IMG/VR virus record: IMGVR_UViG_3300036828_000142
Coordinates: 8,423-72,422 of that record
DNA: 64,000 nucleotides
Direction: 5' to 3' (one strand)
Source of the DNA: a virus
Numbering within the stretch: position 1 is the first letter of the stretch; each line of letters starts with the position of its first letter. Below, in pieces: positions 26,757 through 36,025 of the stretch. Below the pieces are notes generated by a model. That model saw nothing but the letters and a program-made list of their open reading frames with translations. It was not told where the DNA came from and made no database searches. The position numbers and the translations under genes are program-made.

Positions 26757-28244
26757 ATGAGCGCTCTCGCTGAAAACACAGAGATCCCTGCTGACGTAAC
26801 CGTCCTGCGAGAGAGCATGTACGCGCTCTCGCGCGACACGGTGGAGTTTCCCGAGGAGCTGGCTGAGCAGCGTGTCGAGCGGCTCGTGAGCCGTGGGCTG
26901 AGCCTGGAGGAAGCGACCTCCGCCGAGGCGGACGAGCGCTCCAAGCTCGTGCCGCTACACATCCTGCGCCCGTGCCTCGGCAAGGGCCGTGGCCGTCACG
27001 TCTACGAAGCGGACATGCTCCAGGAGAACGCGCACAAGTTCTCCGGCTGGCGGCAGTACATCGACCACCTCTCCCCCGAAGCGCGCAAAGCTGCGAAGGG
27101 GCTGCCGCGCTCGATTCGTGACCTTGGCGGCAGGATCGTGGAGAGCTACTGGGACCCGGCTGTTCCGCCTGACGAGTCCAAGGGGTTCGGGCAAGGCGCT
27201 GTCGTTGGGTGGTCGCTCCCGACACCGTTCATCCGCGAGCTTGCTGGAAACGACCCCGAGCTGGTTGAAGCGTCGATCTCCGCGAACGCCACCGGCGTGC
27301 AGCCCACGATGCGCGACGGACGCCGGGCGTGGCTGGTCGAAGGGATCGAGGATCACGGAAGCGTTGACTGGGTGACCGAAGCCGGTGCTGGTGGCCGCGT
27401 CGTCCAACTGATGGAGGCTGCCTACAAGGAGGACGGGATGAGTTTGCTGGAGTCCATGACCGACGAGGAGTTCGTCGCCTACGTCGAAGAAGTTCGCCCG
27501 CACCTGCTGGCAGAGCAGACCGACGCTGCCGACGAGGCCGAGGACGCCGCCGACAGCGGCGACGACGAGCTTGCGGAGATGGTCGCGAAGCTGAAGAAGC
27601 GCAACCCGAAGCTCTCGGACAAGCAAGCGAACGCGCTGGCCAAGCAGGCGCTCAGCAAGGAGTCCAGCGCCAGCAGCACACAGGAAGCCAACACAGAGGA
27701 GACGGATATGGGTGTCACCCCAGAGGCGCTCCAGGAAGCTCTCCACAGTGAGGACTTCCAGGGGTCGCTGAAGACGCTGGTCGAGGCCGCAATCGCCGAC
27801 GAGCGCGAGCTGATCCGGGCTGAGGCGCGTGCCGACGCTGACCGCCAGCTTGCGTTGCGTGACATGCGCGACGCGGCGCACCGGCAGATCGCCGAGGCGA
27901 AGCTCCCGGAGGCGTTCGCGAAGGGCACTCGGTCGCTGTACGAGATCACCGACGACGGGCCGACTCCGGCGCTCGACATCGTGGACGACGTGGACGACGA
28001 CGGCAAGGTGACCAAGAAGGCAGCGGAGAAGCTCACCGAGTCCGTCGCCACCGCAATCGGCGAGCAGCACGATTTGCTGGCGGCAGCGAACCCGACGAAG
28101 GTGCGCGGCCAGGGCGTCGGCGCTCCCGCGAAGCGCAGCGAGGGCGAAGGTGGCGACGAGCCGCCCAAGCCGGGTGAGGGCACGCTTTACGGCGCTGTCC
28201 TCCAGGAAGCAGGAGTCGATCCCGCGACGGCGTGGGACGACTGA
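26757..28244 (+). CDS. Prohead protease fused to scaffold
   Basis: YIDH, RSIRDLGG, SISA, SVDWVTEAGAGG protease-like motifs; acidic helical C-terminus; upstream of cement and capsid. Confidence 0.8.
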   Translation: MSALAENTEIPADVTVLRESMYALSRDTVEFPEELAEQRVERLVSRGLSLEEATSAEADERSKLVPLHILRPCLGKGRGRHVYEADMLQENAHKFSGWRQYIDHLSPEARKAAKGLPRSIRDLGGRIVESYWDPAVPPDESKGFGQGAVVGWSLPTPFIRELAGNDPELVEASISANATGVQPTMRDGRRAWLVEGIEDHGSVDWVTEAGAGGRVVQLMEAAYKEDGMSLLESMTDEEFVAYVEEVRPHLLAEQTDAADEAEDAADSGDDELAEMVAKLKKRNPKLSDKQANALAKQALSKESSASSTQEANTEETDMGVTPEALQEALHSEDFQGSLKTLVEAAIADERELIRAEARADADRQLALRDMRDAAHRQIAEAKLPEAFAKGTRSLYEITDDGPTPALDIVDDVDDDGKVTKKAAEKLTESVATAIGEQHDLLAAANPTKVRGQGVGAPAKRSEGEGGDEPPKPGEGTLYGAVLQEAGVDPATAWDD

Positions 28245-28276
28245 GGCCAACCGGGTAACGGAAAGGAGCACACGAC

Positions 28277-28654
28277 ATGCCGTATAACCGCCCAGGCCCA
28301 GGCGTCTACGTCACCAACGGTGCCACGGCGATCACGCACGGATTGCCGTGCACGGTCGCGAACTTCGTTGGCGTTGCGGTCAAGCAGCAAGCACAGCCGT
28401 GGACAGCGGGATTCCAGTCCCCGGCGATGATCCAGCCGAACGAGCCGTTCTACATGATCACGAAGGGCGTCGTTCAGGTGCCGTCAACCGGGCTGACGAC
28501 CCCCACGAAGGGCGAGGCGGTGTACGTCAACCCCGACGGCAGCCTCGCTGCGACCGGCACGGTCAAGTTCGGCCGCATCACGGAGGTCGGCGGAAACCGT
28601 GGCACTCCGCCAAACAGCGTCCGGATCGACCTCGACGCAAAGGACTCGTTCTAA
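28277..28654 (+). CDS. DUF2190-like capsid cement/decoration protein
   Basis: VGVA, KGVVQV, GEAVY, FG..V; position between protease and capsid. Confidence 0.7.
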   Translation: MPYNRPGPGVYVTNGATAITHGLPCTVANFVGVAVKQQAQPWTAGFQSPAMIQPNEPFYMITKGVVQVPSTGLTTPTKGEAVYVNPDGSLAATGTVKFGRITEVGGNRGTPPNSVRIDLDAKDSF

Positions 28655-28760
28655 GAGCTGAGCAGGACTTCTCGACCCTCCCAGGTTGCCCCCCCTGAGG
28701 ATGTGGCTGACGCCGACAGGCGCTTAGTGGGCTCGGATTGGCCATGAACAAGGAGCAAAG

Positions 28761-29816
28761 ATGAACGGCAACCCATACGGTGAGTTCGGCAGGCCGATCC
28801 GCCTGCTGGAGGCGTACAAGGAGTGGCGCGACGAGCGGATCTTGCAGGAGGCGGACTCGAAGGCTGACTTCGCGTCGTTCCTGTTCGGGCCGGTACGCCA
28901 GTCGATGTGGACTGGCTACAGCCGCGCGCAGGCGCAGTACCAGCGGTACACCCGGCAAGAGAACGCCCCCGACTTCCGCCAGCGGCGGCTGCGCGGCCTG
29001 AACGGCCTGCTCGGGATCGGGTACGTGGGTGACCACGGCAACTACCCAGGGATGAAGCGCACCGAGCGCCCACCGGCCACCCTGTCGGTGGACACGTACG
29101 GCGGCGTCTACCAGATCACCCGCCAGGCAATCATCAACGACGACTCGAACGAGCTGCTGAACCGCAACCCGGCCGACATGGGCTACGCCGCCGGGGTGTT
29201 CATTCTCCAGACCGTGATCGCGATGATCGAGAACCCCGGCAACGCGCCGGACGGCCAGCCGTTCTACTCAACGACCCGTGGCAACCAGGTCGTCACCCCG
29301 CTCGCGGAAGACTCGCTCGCGGACGCGCTCGCGTTCATGGAAGGCCAGATTGACGACGACGGCAACCAGATTGTCGTCACCCCGTCGGTGCTGGTCGTCA
29401 AGAACGCGCGGATGCAGATGATCGCCCAGCGCATCCTGAACTCCACCCAGACCGGCACGAACGTCCAATGGGCGGGAGCGCCCGGCGTGGGCTCGGCAGT
29501 GATGGACAAGGGCACGATCAACCCGCTCGCGGGCATCCTCCCGGCCGACGGGGTGCTGCGTGACCCGTGGTTCCACGACGCCAATGACTGGTATCTGTTC
29601 GCTGACCCGAACGATGTGCCAGGGTTCGCTGTGGGCTTCCTGAACGGTCAGGCAGAGCCTCAGGTGATGTTGCGCGATCCGATGGTCAGGATGGCGCTCG
29701 GTTCAGGAACCGACCCTTACCAGTTCGAGCTGGATTCGGTGGACTTCAAGGTCCGGTCGGACTATGGCGTCGGGGTGATCGACCCGCGCGGCGCGTACCG
29801 CTCAATCGTTCCCTAA
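28761..29816 (+). CDS. Major capsid protein (Mu gpT-like, HK97 fold)
   Basis: PDFR, TYG...ITRQAIINDD, DGQPFY..RGN, WYLFAD, FLNG..EP, KVRSDYG...DPRG. Confidence 0.9.
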   Translation: MNGNPYGEFGRPIRLLEAYKEWRDERILQEADSKADFASFLFGPVRQSMWTGYSRAQAQYQRYTRQENAPDFRQRRLRGLNGLLGIGYVGDHGNYPGMKRTERPPATLSVDTYGGVYQITRQAIINDDSNELLNRNPADMGYAAGVFILQTVIAMIENPGNAPDGQPFYSTTRGNQVVTPLAEDSLADALAFMEGQIDDDGNQIVVTPSVLVVKNARMQMIAQRILNSTQTGTNVQWAGAPGVGSAVMDKGTINPLAGILPADGVLRDPWFHDANDWYLFADPNDVPGFAVGFLNGQAEPQVMLRDPMVRMALGSGTDPYQFELDSVDFKVRSDYGVGVIDPRGAYRSIVP

Positions 29817-29841
29817 GCGCACGCAACGGATACCGGCTGGA

Positions 29842-29879
29842 GTGCCCTAGCAGGCGGCGAGCTGCCGCTTGCAGGGCAC
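29842..29879 (+). terminator. Hairpin after capsid gene
   Basis: GTGCCCT.GCAGGCGGC...GCCGCTTGC AGGGCAC. Confidence 0.55.
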
Positions 29880-29938
29880 GATGGCTCGTTTGTGATCTTG
29901 GCATCGGCCGAGGGTAGCCTTCAGGCGGTATCCCCGAA

Positions 29939-30391
29939 ATGGAGGCGGCAATGAGTCCCAGAGGGTCAGACGCAGAAGCAGCGGGTCAGGAGCTTGAGGC
30001 CCGCACCGGATTCGCGCCGAACGCGGAGCAGATGATCGCGGACAACCAGGAGCGCTTCACCCAGGAGCTTCGCGCTGCGAGCAACCGGCCGCTGAACCAG
30101 GAAGCGACCGACGAGATGGACGAGGACGAGGCGCAAAGCTACCTCGATGACGCGGAGGCGACGGTCCTTGACTACGCCGTTCGTGGCCCGTTCGTGGTCG
30201 TCGTGTCCGAGGACGAGGACGGCGAGATCCACAAGACCGCTCACGTGGTGAAGGGCAAGGAGAAGGCTGCCGAGCGCCTGACCCGCACAGCGGGCCGGGG
30301 GCAGGACGAGACGGACGAGGAAGCCGAGAAGACGACCTCGCGCAGCTCGTCGCGGCGCACCACCGCAGCGGCTTCTTCCAGCAGCGAGTAG
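29939..30391 (+). CDS. Acidic hypothetical virion-module protein
   Basis: Position after capsid; alternative start 29951 with GGAGG SD. Confidence 0.65.
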   Translation: MEAAMSPRGSDAEAAGQELEARTGFAPNAEQMIADNQERFTQELRAASNRPLNQEATDEMDEDEAQSYLDDAEATVLDYAVRGPFVVVVSEDEDGEIHKTAHVVKGKEKAAERLTRTAGRGQDETDEEAEKTTSRSSSRRTTAAASSSSE

Positions 30392-30397
30392 GTCCTG

Positions 30398-30982
30398 TTG
30401 GGCGTCATAGCGCCTCCCTCGATGCTGCCGCCCACGGTGGCGGACATCACGTCGTGGAGCCGGGTGAACTTCGCCGGGCTCGACAACCCGTACAGCGACG
30501 TTGACGTGGCGCGGATGATCGCTCGTGCGTGCGGCTACCTCCAGGCGATCACGGGACGGCCGATTGACGACACGATGCCGCCGAACCTGGTGACCATCGC
30601 CCAGGACGCGGTGCAGCTCCGGGTCGAGCAGGAAGCGATGCAGTCCCAAGAGGACTACGTGGACACGCTCAACGACGACGCGATCCAGAGCTTCACCGCA
30701 GGCAACTACTCCGAGACGCGCAAGGAGCCCGGCCGTCTGCGCTACACGGGCGCGACGACCGGCATCCCGGACATCAACCCGAACGCCGCGCTGAACATGG
30801 ACATGTGGCTGCTGATGACGCCCGACATGCAGGAATACTGGCGCTACGTCATCCAGGGCACCGGCGCTGTCGCGTTCGAGGTCACCGAGGCGGACTGGGC
30901 GAACTACGACGGGCTGTACCCGTACAGCTTCGGGGTCGGCATGGCCAGAGGAGCCTATGACGCGAACACCTGGGGCGCGTAG
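30398..30982 (+). CDS. Putative head-tail adaptor
   Basis: PTVADI...I.RA..YL...TGR; QSFTAGNYSET; synteny. Confidence 0.65.
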   Translation: MGVIAPPSMLPPTVADITSWSRVNFAGLDNPYSDVDVARMIARACGYLQAITGRPIDDTMPPNLVTIAQDAVQLRVEQEAMQSQEDYVDTLNDDAIQSFTAGNYSETRKEPGRLRYTGATTGIPDINPNAALNMDMWLLMTPDMQEYWRYVIQGTGAVAFEVTEADWANYDGLYPYSFGVGMARGAYDANTWGA

Positions 30983-30984
30983 CT

Positions 30985-31383
30985 GTGTCGTTCCAGGGGT
31001 GTCTCGTGGACCGTGCGCGGCGGGTCGTGCGAACCCCAACACCAGTGCGGGTGGAGGGCACCACCCAGTTCGAGACGTTGCACGACCCGTGGTTCAAATG
31101 CCGCTTCGTCTACAACGCCGCGCCGGAAGCTGACGACACGCAGGGCGGTCGCCGCCGGGTGCCGCGCACCGGCACGATCATGTGCGGGCTGCGCGACCAG
31201 GACGGCAACACGCTCGCGATCAACGGCAGCGACCGGCTGGAGGTCAACTCCAGCGAGCTGGGCCGCGCGATCTTCGAGATCACGTCCGACGGCGAACCGA
31301 TCCGCAAGAAGAAGAAGATGCTCGGGTGGATGGCGAACGTCACCAGAGTCGAGGAGCACCAGTTCGAGAGGGCCGAGCCGTAG
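30985..31383 (+). CDS. Putative head closure/stopper protein
   Basis: Synteny; DRLEV...FEI beta pattern. Confidence 0.55.
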   Translation: MSFQGCLVDRARRVVRTPTPVRVEGTTQFETLHDPWFKCRFVYNAAPEADDTQGGRRRVPRTGTIMCGLRDQDGNTLAINGSDRLEVNSSELGRAIFEITSDGEPIRKKKKMLGWMANVTRVEEHQFERAEP

Positions 31384-31907
31384 CCGACCAGGTCAGGTTC
31401 ATCACGAAGTACATCGGGCCGAACCTCTCGGACCTGTTCGACTCCACTCCGGCGGAGCGCGCCGCCAAGCGGATGGCCAACACCGGTGGCAACAGGCTGC
31501 ACGAACGGATCAGAGAGAACACGCCGGTTCGCACCGGGGTGCTGCGCGAAAGCTGGCTTCGCACCCCGACCGAGAACATCGGCAACCGCTACGAAACCCA
31601 CGTGCGCACCGAGGTGGACTACGCGCCGTACGTCAACTACGGCACCGGCCTGTGGGGGCCCGAGCACCGCAAGTACCTGATCGAACCGATCCCCCCGAAT
31701 CAGCTTCTCTCATGGCGTGACCCGGTGAGCGGGCGCAGAGCATACGCACGCTACGTGTGGCATCCCGGCAGCCCCCCGGCGCACATGATCGAGTACGGCG
31801 CAGCGAAGACCGAATCGGAGCTGGGCACGATCATGGACGGCGACCTGCAACTGTTCAAGACCGAGATGGAGGCGCTTGCGGTCAGCGCGCAAGCACGCTC
31901 GCATTGA
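31380..31907 (+). CDS. HK97 gp10-like neck protein (start uncertain)
   Basis: TPVRTGVLRESW, VDYAPYVNYGT, VWHPG. Confidence 0.75.
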   Translation, partial: VADQVRFITKYIGPNLSDLFDSTPAERAAKRMANTGGNRLHERIRENTPVRTGVLRESWLRTPTENIGNRYETHVRTEVDYAPYVNYGTGLWGPEHRKYLIEPIPPNQLLSWRDPVSGRRAYARYVWHPGSPPAHMIEYGAAKTESELGTIMDGDLQLFKTEMEALAVSAQARSH

Positions 31908-32476
31908 GCACCACGACACCACCGCTTGACTCGGGCCGGGCGCACCAGGACGCGCTGCGTAGCGTCAAGCGCTACGTCGCCGTCGCGCTCGGCGACGACT
32001 GGGAAGTGCGGATCTCCCGCGAGGAGGGAGCGTTTGCGAGGCCGTTCGCTCGCGTCTGGCAGGTTGCCGGGACAACGTACCCGCTGACCGGCGGGCGGTG
32101 GGTCGCGGACATGGTCCAGCCGTTCGTGGTCGCCGCCTACCCGGAGCAGGGTCGTAACCCGGACGAGGCGCTGCTGAAAGCGCAGCGGGTCGAGAACTGC
32201 CTGTACCGCGCGTTCCGCGTCGGCGTCGAGAACGGCCGGGCGATGCGCGTGCCGCTGTACAACTACTACCACACGAAGAACTGGGACCAGGGCGTGTGGT
32301 ACCCGAGGGCGTTCATGCGCGTCAATGACCTCTCCACCCAGCCGTTCGTGGACCCGGACGAGGACACGCTGTGGGCTGTGATGTGCGACGTGCGGCTGGC
32401 GTGGCGGCGGGTCGCTGAGACGATCCCCGACTCCCCGATCCTGGAGAGCGTGCAAGTAATCCCATCTGTGGGATGA
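31904..32476 (+). CDS. Putative tail terminator
   Basis: Synteny between gp10 and sheath; TTG start overlapping TGA. Confidence 0.55.
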   Translation: MSTTTPPLDSGRAHQDALRSVKRYVAVALGDDWEVRISREEGAFARPFARVWQVAGTTYPLTGGRWVADMVQPFVVAAYPEQGRNPDEALLKAQRVENCLYRAFRVGVENGRAMRVPLYNYYHTKNWDQGVWYPRAFMRVNDLSTQPFVDPDEDTLWAVMCDVRLAWRRVAETIPDSPILESVQVIPSVG

Positions 32477-32489
32477 GCAAGATCGCGCC

Positions 32490-33095
32490 TTAGCTTCGCA
32501 GGGGGCAGCTCCGGTAGTTGTGATCGGGCTGGTGGCAGACAGAGCACCGTTGCGATCCGCTGCGCCCACCCTGCGGACAGGTCAGGACGTTGTGACCCGT
32601 TCCTCCGCACCCGCTGCATCTCCACGGCTCGAACAGGGGCCCACGCTCCGCTGGGAGCGGATGTCCTCTGCCGCGCATCGTGACTCCCGCCTGATGCAGC
32701 ATTCTGATCACTTCGCTATGTGGTCTTTGTAGGACCGTTCCGATTGCTGGGGTTGCCATCCCTTGTTCGTATAGCTCGATTGCCTGCTTGCAGTCCAGGT
32801 TCCGCTGTGCAGTTTGCGCCGCGATACGGGCGAGGTGCGCGTCGGCGCACGCCTGGCAGTTCTGGCTCGGCACACGGCGCGGGTCTGTGCGTGCGTGGCC
32901 GCAACGATGCCAGTCGTGGGGGTGGGTTAGCCCGGCTGCGGCAAGCGCCGCTCTCCAGCTACCGAAACGTGCCTGAACGACTCGTAGGCTGGGTCGCCAA
33001 CGTGCTCGATCCCACTCCACGCTGGTGGGTGCGCGAGCGTTCACCGCGTGCTGCTGTAGCGCCGTGATGATGTCCGCGTTCGTGTAGTAGTCCAT
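32490..33095 (-). CDS. Homing-endonuclease-associated repeat, HTH and two CCHC zinc knuckles
   Basis: PS...ARFGSWRAALAAAGL; ELYEQG..TPAIG..L HTH; CSGCGGTGHNVLTC; CSVCHQPDHNYRSC. Confidence 0.7.
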   Translation of the reverse strand: MDYYTNADIITALQQHAVNARAPTSVEWDRARWRPSLRVVQARFGSWRAALAAAGLTHPHDWHRCGHARTDPRRVPSQNCQACADAHLARIAAQTAQRNLDCKQAIELYEQGMATPAIGTVLQRPHSEVIRMLHQAGVTMRGRGHPLPAERGPLFEPWRCSGCGGTGHNVLTCPQGGRSGSQRCSVCHQPDHNYRSCPLRS

Positions 33096-33126
33096 TTGGG
33101 GGCATCGTTCCAGATGGCGCGGACTG

Positions 33127-33166
33127 AATCCGTTTGCTGTGTTGGCTGTGAGTGCGCTTAGTATCG
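33127..33166 (+). promoter_or_regulatory. Putative late promoter AATCCGTTTG-N22-TAGTAT
   Basis: CTTAGTATCG and spacing identical to 26712; precedes the tail operon. Confidence 0.6.
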
Positions 33167-33209
33167 GCTCCAGCCCGCCCTGTGGGGTTCACAGAGAGGA
33201 GCACACGAG

Positions 33210-33491
33210 GTGTCAACGGAATCACCAGAGCCGGAAGCTGCGCACACGTCAGCGCGCAGTAGCAAGAGCAAGCAGGAGCAGACCACCAAGGCGGCTGAGA
33301 CGGGCGCACCGAGCCTGCCTGACATGCCGGTCAGCCAGTTGATCGAGGGCGCGACCGCGTACCTCGGGTGCTCGTCGTGGACAGCAAAGGGCGCGCTACG
33401 CGAGCACGAGCCCGACGAGATGATGAGCGTGGACGCGGCCAAGGCCGAGATCGAGAAGTGGCGCACGACGCCACTGGATAAGGGGGAGTAA
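33210..33491 (+). CDS. Small pre-sheath protein
   Basis: GAGGAG SD; position before sheath. Confidence 0.6.
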   Translation: MSTESPEPEAAHTSARSSKSKQEQTTKAAETGAPSLPDMPVSQLIEGATAYLGCSSWTAKGALREHEPDEMMSVDAAKAEIEKWRTTPLDKGE

Positions 33492-33494
33492 CGG

Positions 33495-34979
33495 ATGCCT
33501 GGTTCGTTCTCCAAGGACGCGCGGCCGGTCAGGCCAGGCGCGTACTTCAACTGGGAGGCGCAGCCGACCACCACGATCCCGCCGAACATCGGCTCGGTCG
33601 TGGCGCTGGCCATCATCCACGACTGGGGTCCGACCGAGCAGATCGTTCCGTGCCTGTCGCTCGGGGATTTCCAATCGAAGTTCGGGCCGTCCACCGATAC
33701 CCCCGGCTACGCGGCGGTGATGCAGTGCTTCAAGGGTGAGGGTGTCGGCGGTCGCGGTGGCGCTGGCGAGGTTCTCGCCTACCGGATGATCGGGGCGTCT
33801 GCCGCAGCGGGCACCATCGACCTCGACAACTCGTCTTCGGCTGCTGCGATGAAGCTGACGGCGCTGTACGACGGGTCCTACAGCGACAACCTCGGGGTGC
33901 GGGTGCGCGTCTCCAGCGTGATCACGAGCACCGACGTGCTGATCACCCTGAACGGCACGATCATCGAGCAGCACACAGCCGACGCTTCGGGCACCACGCC
34001 GATCCAGACGATGGTCGATCAGATCAACCAGACCTCGAAGTGGGTCACGGCCGAGGTGACGACAGACGGTACCGCGCTGGACACCACGACCCCTAGCCAG
34101 ATCCAACCGTTCGCCGGTGGCGACGACGGCGCGACGCTGCTGCCCGCCGACTGGATGGACACGCTCGACGCGCTGAGCGCCGCGCGCTTCTCGCTGTTCG
34201 CCCCGTTCGACCTGACGGACTCCTCGATCCTGGCGTCAGTGCAGACGTGGAGCCAGTCGCTGAACACCACCGGCAAGCGGTTTATGACCGTGGTCGGCGG
34301 CGACCTGACCGACACCGCAACCTCCGCCATCGACCGCTCCACCGCAATGTCGGGGCTGCCGGGCGACGGCGGCGGGGAGAACATCGTCAACCTGGGCGTC
34401 GGGTCGCTGGTAGACGACCAGCTCGGCGAGCTTTCAACCTCGCAGCTCGCGCCGCGCATCGCTGGAATCCTCGCTGCTCGCGGCGAGTCGATGAGCCTCA
34501 CGTTCGCCCGCATGCAGGGCACGACCGCCGGGGTGCTGCCTTCGGACTCCGACGTGTCGCTGTGCTTCGACGGTGGCGTGGTCGTGTTCGGGATGGACTC
34601 CAACGCCGCCTCCCCGATCCGTGTCGAGAAGGGCCTGACGACCTACGTCGGCGGCGATGACTCCAAGCCGTACCTGATTTACCGCAACCCGAAGTTCGTG
34701 CGCACGATGCAAGGGATCGAGACGGACATCACCGACTGGGCGACCGCTTCGGCCATCGGCCTGTTGCAGGTCAACGACCAGACCAGAGCGATGGTTGTCG
34801 GCTACGGGCACCAGGTGATGGACGCTCGCGCCGGGCTCGGCGTCATCCAGGACGGGTTCACCGTCGGTGTTGACCCGATCCCGCCGCCGACTGACGACGA
34901 CGAGTTCATCGCGGTGGTGTACGGGATCGCGTTCGGCCGCTCGGTCGAGCAGATTTACAACACCGTGTACATAACGTGA
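33495..34979 (+). CDS. Contractile tail sheath protein (XkdK-like)
   Basis: RPGAYFN, WGP, VLAYR, TALYDG, GGDDG, IRVEKGLTT, K.VRTM. Confidence 0.9.
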   Translation: MPGSFSKDARPVRPGAYFNWEAQPTTTIPPNIGSVVALAIIHDWGPTEQIVPCLSLGDFQSKFGPSTDTPGYAAVMQCFKGEGVGGRGGAGEVLAYRMIGASAAAGTIDLDNSSSAAAMKLTALYDGSYSDNLGVRVRVSSVITSTDVLITLNGTIIEQHTADASGTTPIQTMVDQINQTSKWVTAEVTTDGTALDTTTPSQIQPFAGGDDGATLLPADWMDTLDALSAARFSLFAPFDLTDSSILASVQTWSQSLNTTGKRFMTVVGGDLTDTATSAIDRSTAMSGLPGDGGGENIVNLGVGSLVDDQLGELSTSQLAPRIAGILAARGESMSLTFARMQGTTAGVLPSDSDVSLCFDGGVVVFGMDSNAASPIRVEKGLTTYVGGDDSKPYLIYRNPKFVRTMQGIETDITDWATASAIGLLQVNDQTRAMVVGYGHQVMDARAGLGVIQDGFTVGVDPIPPPTDDDEFIAVVYGIAFGRSVEQIYNTVYIT

Positions 34980-35001
34980 GCTAAGAAGGAGGTGAGCTTC
35001 T

Positions 35002-35550
35002 ATGGCTGAGGTTGGATCAAGTGAGGGCCTATATCGCATCTCAGGGATGTACGGCTACGCGATCATGGACGGTTTCGTGAGAGCGGAGATAACGAACGTG
35101 GTAGCGACGATCACGATTGCGAAGGTCGAGATCCCGCTCGTTGGCGCGACCCGCATGGGCATCAAGCCGGGCCGGGAGACGCGCGACGGCACGTTCAACA
35201 TCCAGAAGATCGACACGCACTGGGAGAAGTACATCCACAGCTACATGTCCCAGAGCCTTGCGCAACGCCGGGCGCTGCGCGGGACGCAGGCGGGCTCGAT
35301 GCGGTCGTTCTCGATGCAGGTGTGGTTGGACGACCCGGATGCGCTCGGTGCCGAGGTGTGGCAACTCAACGGCTGCATGCTGTGGGACCTGCCGTTGGGG
35401 TTCGACATCACCGTTGACGTGATCGACCGTTCGCTCAGCTTCGGCTGGGAGACAGAGAAGCCGTTGCAGAGCTTCGAGATCATCGAGGGGCAGACAAACC
35501 CGATCACCGGCCAGCCCGCGATCCGGTACCTCGACACGCTGAGCGGCTAG
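35002..35550 (+). CDS. Tail tube protein (XkdM-like)
   Basis: RISG..G, LDDPDALGAE..L.GC; follows sheath. Confidence 0.8.
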   Translation: MAEVGSSEGLYRISGMYGYAIMDGFVRAEITNVVATITIAKVEIPLVGATRMGIKPGRETRDGTFNIQKIDTHWEKYIHSYMSQSLAQRRALRGTQAGSMRSFSMQVWLDDPDALGAEVWQLNGCMLWDLPLGFDITVDVIDRSLSFGWETEKPLQSFEIIEGQTNPITGQPAIRYLDTLSG

Positions 35551-35557
35551 GTCCGTC

Positions 35558-36025
35558 GTGATCGTTGATTACGAGAGGGACGCCTGGCTCGCCGGATTCG
35601 CTGACGGCGAGGGCTGTTTCATGCTGGTGCAGAAGCGCCAGGATGTTCAGCAAGGAGGCAAGATCGTCCGGTATGACGTGATCGGCGTGCAGCCGTGGTT
35701 CCAGCTTGGACTACGGGCCGACGACCACGCTGTGCTGTTGACGCTTTCGGAGGTCTTCGGCGGGTGCGTGAACTACGCACGACGCGCCGACGGAGACGCA
35801 AGGAGAGCGCGGCAGATTTGGACGGTCAGCGGCAAGGCCGACCTCCAACGACTCGTGGACTACTTCGAGCGCTTCCCATTGCGTACGAAGAAGGCCCGTG
35901 ACTTCGAGGTTTGGCGACAGGCGGTCGATATCTACTGTGCCGAGGGCGCTCGTGATAGCAGGCTCCCCCCGCTACGGCAGGCACTGATGGAAGGCCGCGC
36001 GTTCATCGAACAGGTAGCTGCCTGA
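35558..36025 (+). CDS. Free-standing LAGLIDADG homing endonuclease
   Basis: WLAGFADGEGCF, LVDYFERFPLRTKKARDF..W. Confidence 0.9.
   Translation: MIVDYERDAWLAGFADGEGCFMLVQKRQDVQQGGKIVRYDVIGVQPWFQLGLRADDHAVLLTLSEVFGGCVNYARRADGDARRARQIWTVSGKADLQRLVDYFERFPLRTKKARDFEVWRQAVDIYCAEGARDSRLPPLRQALMEGRAFIEQVAA

Noticed and set aside
28655-28760. Structured RNA between the cement and capsid genes
   Set aside because: Only weak, ambiguous pairing by eye
35558-36025. Group I intron or intein hosting the LAGLIDADG genes
   Set aside because: Flanking genes are complete, there is no space for a ribozyme core, and no intein splice residues are present
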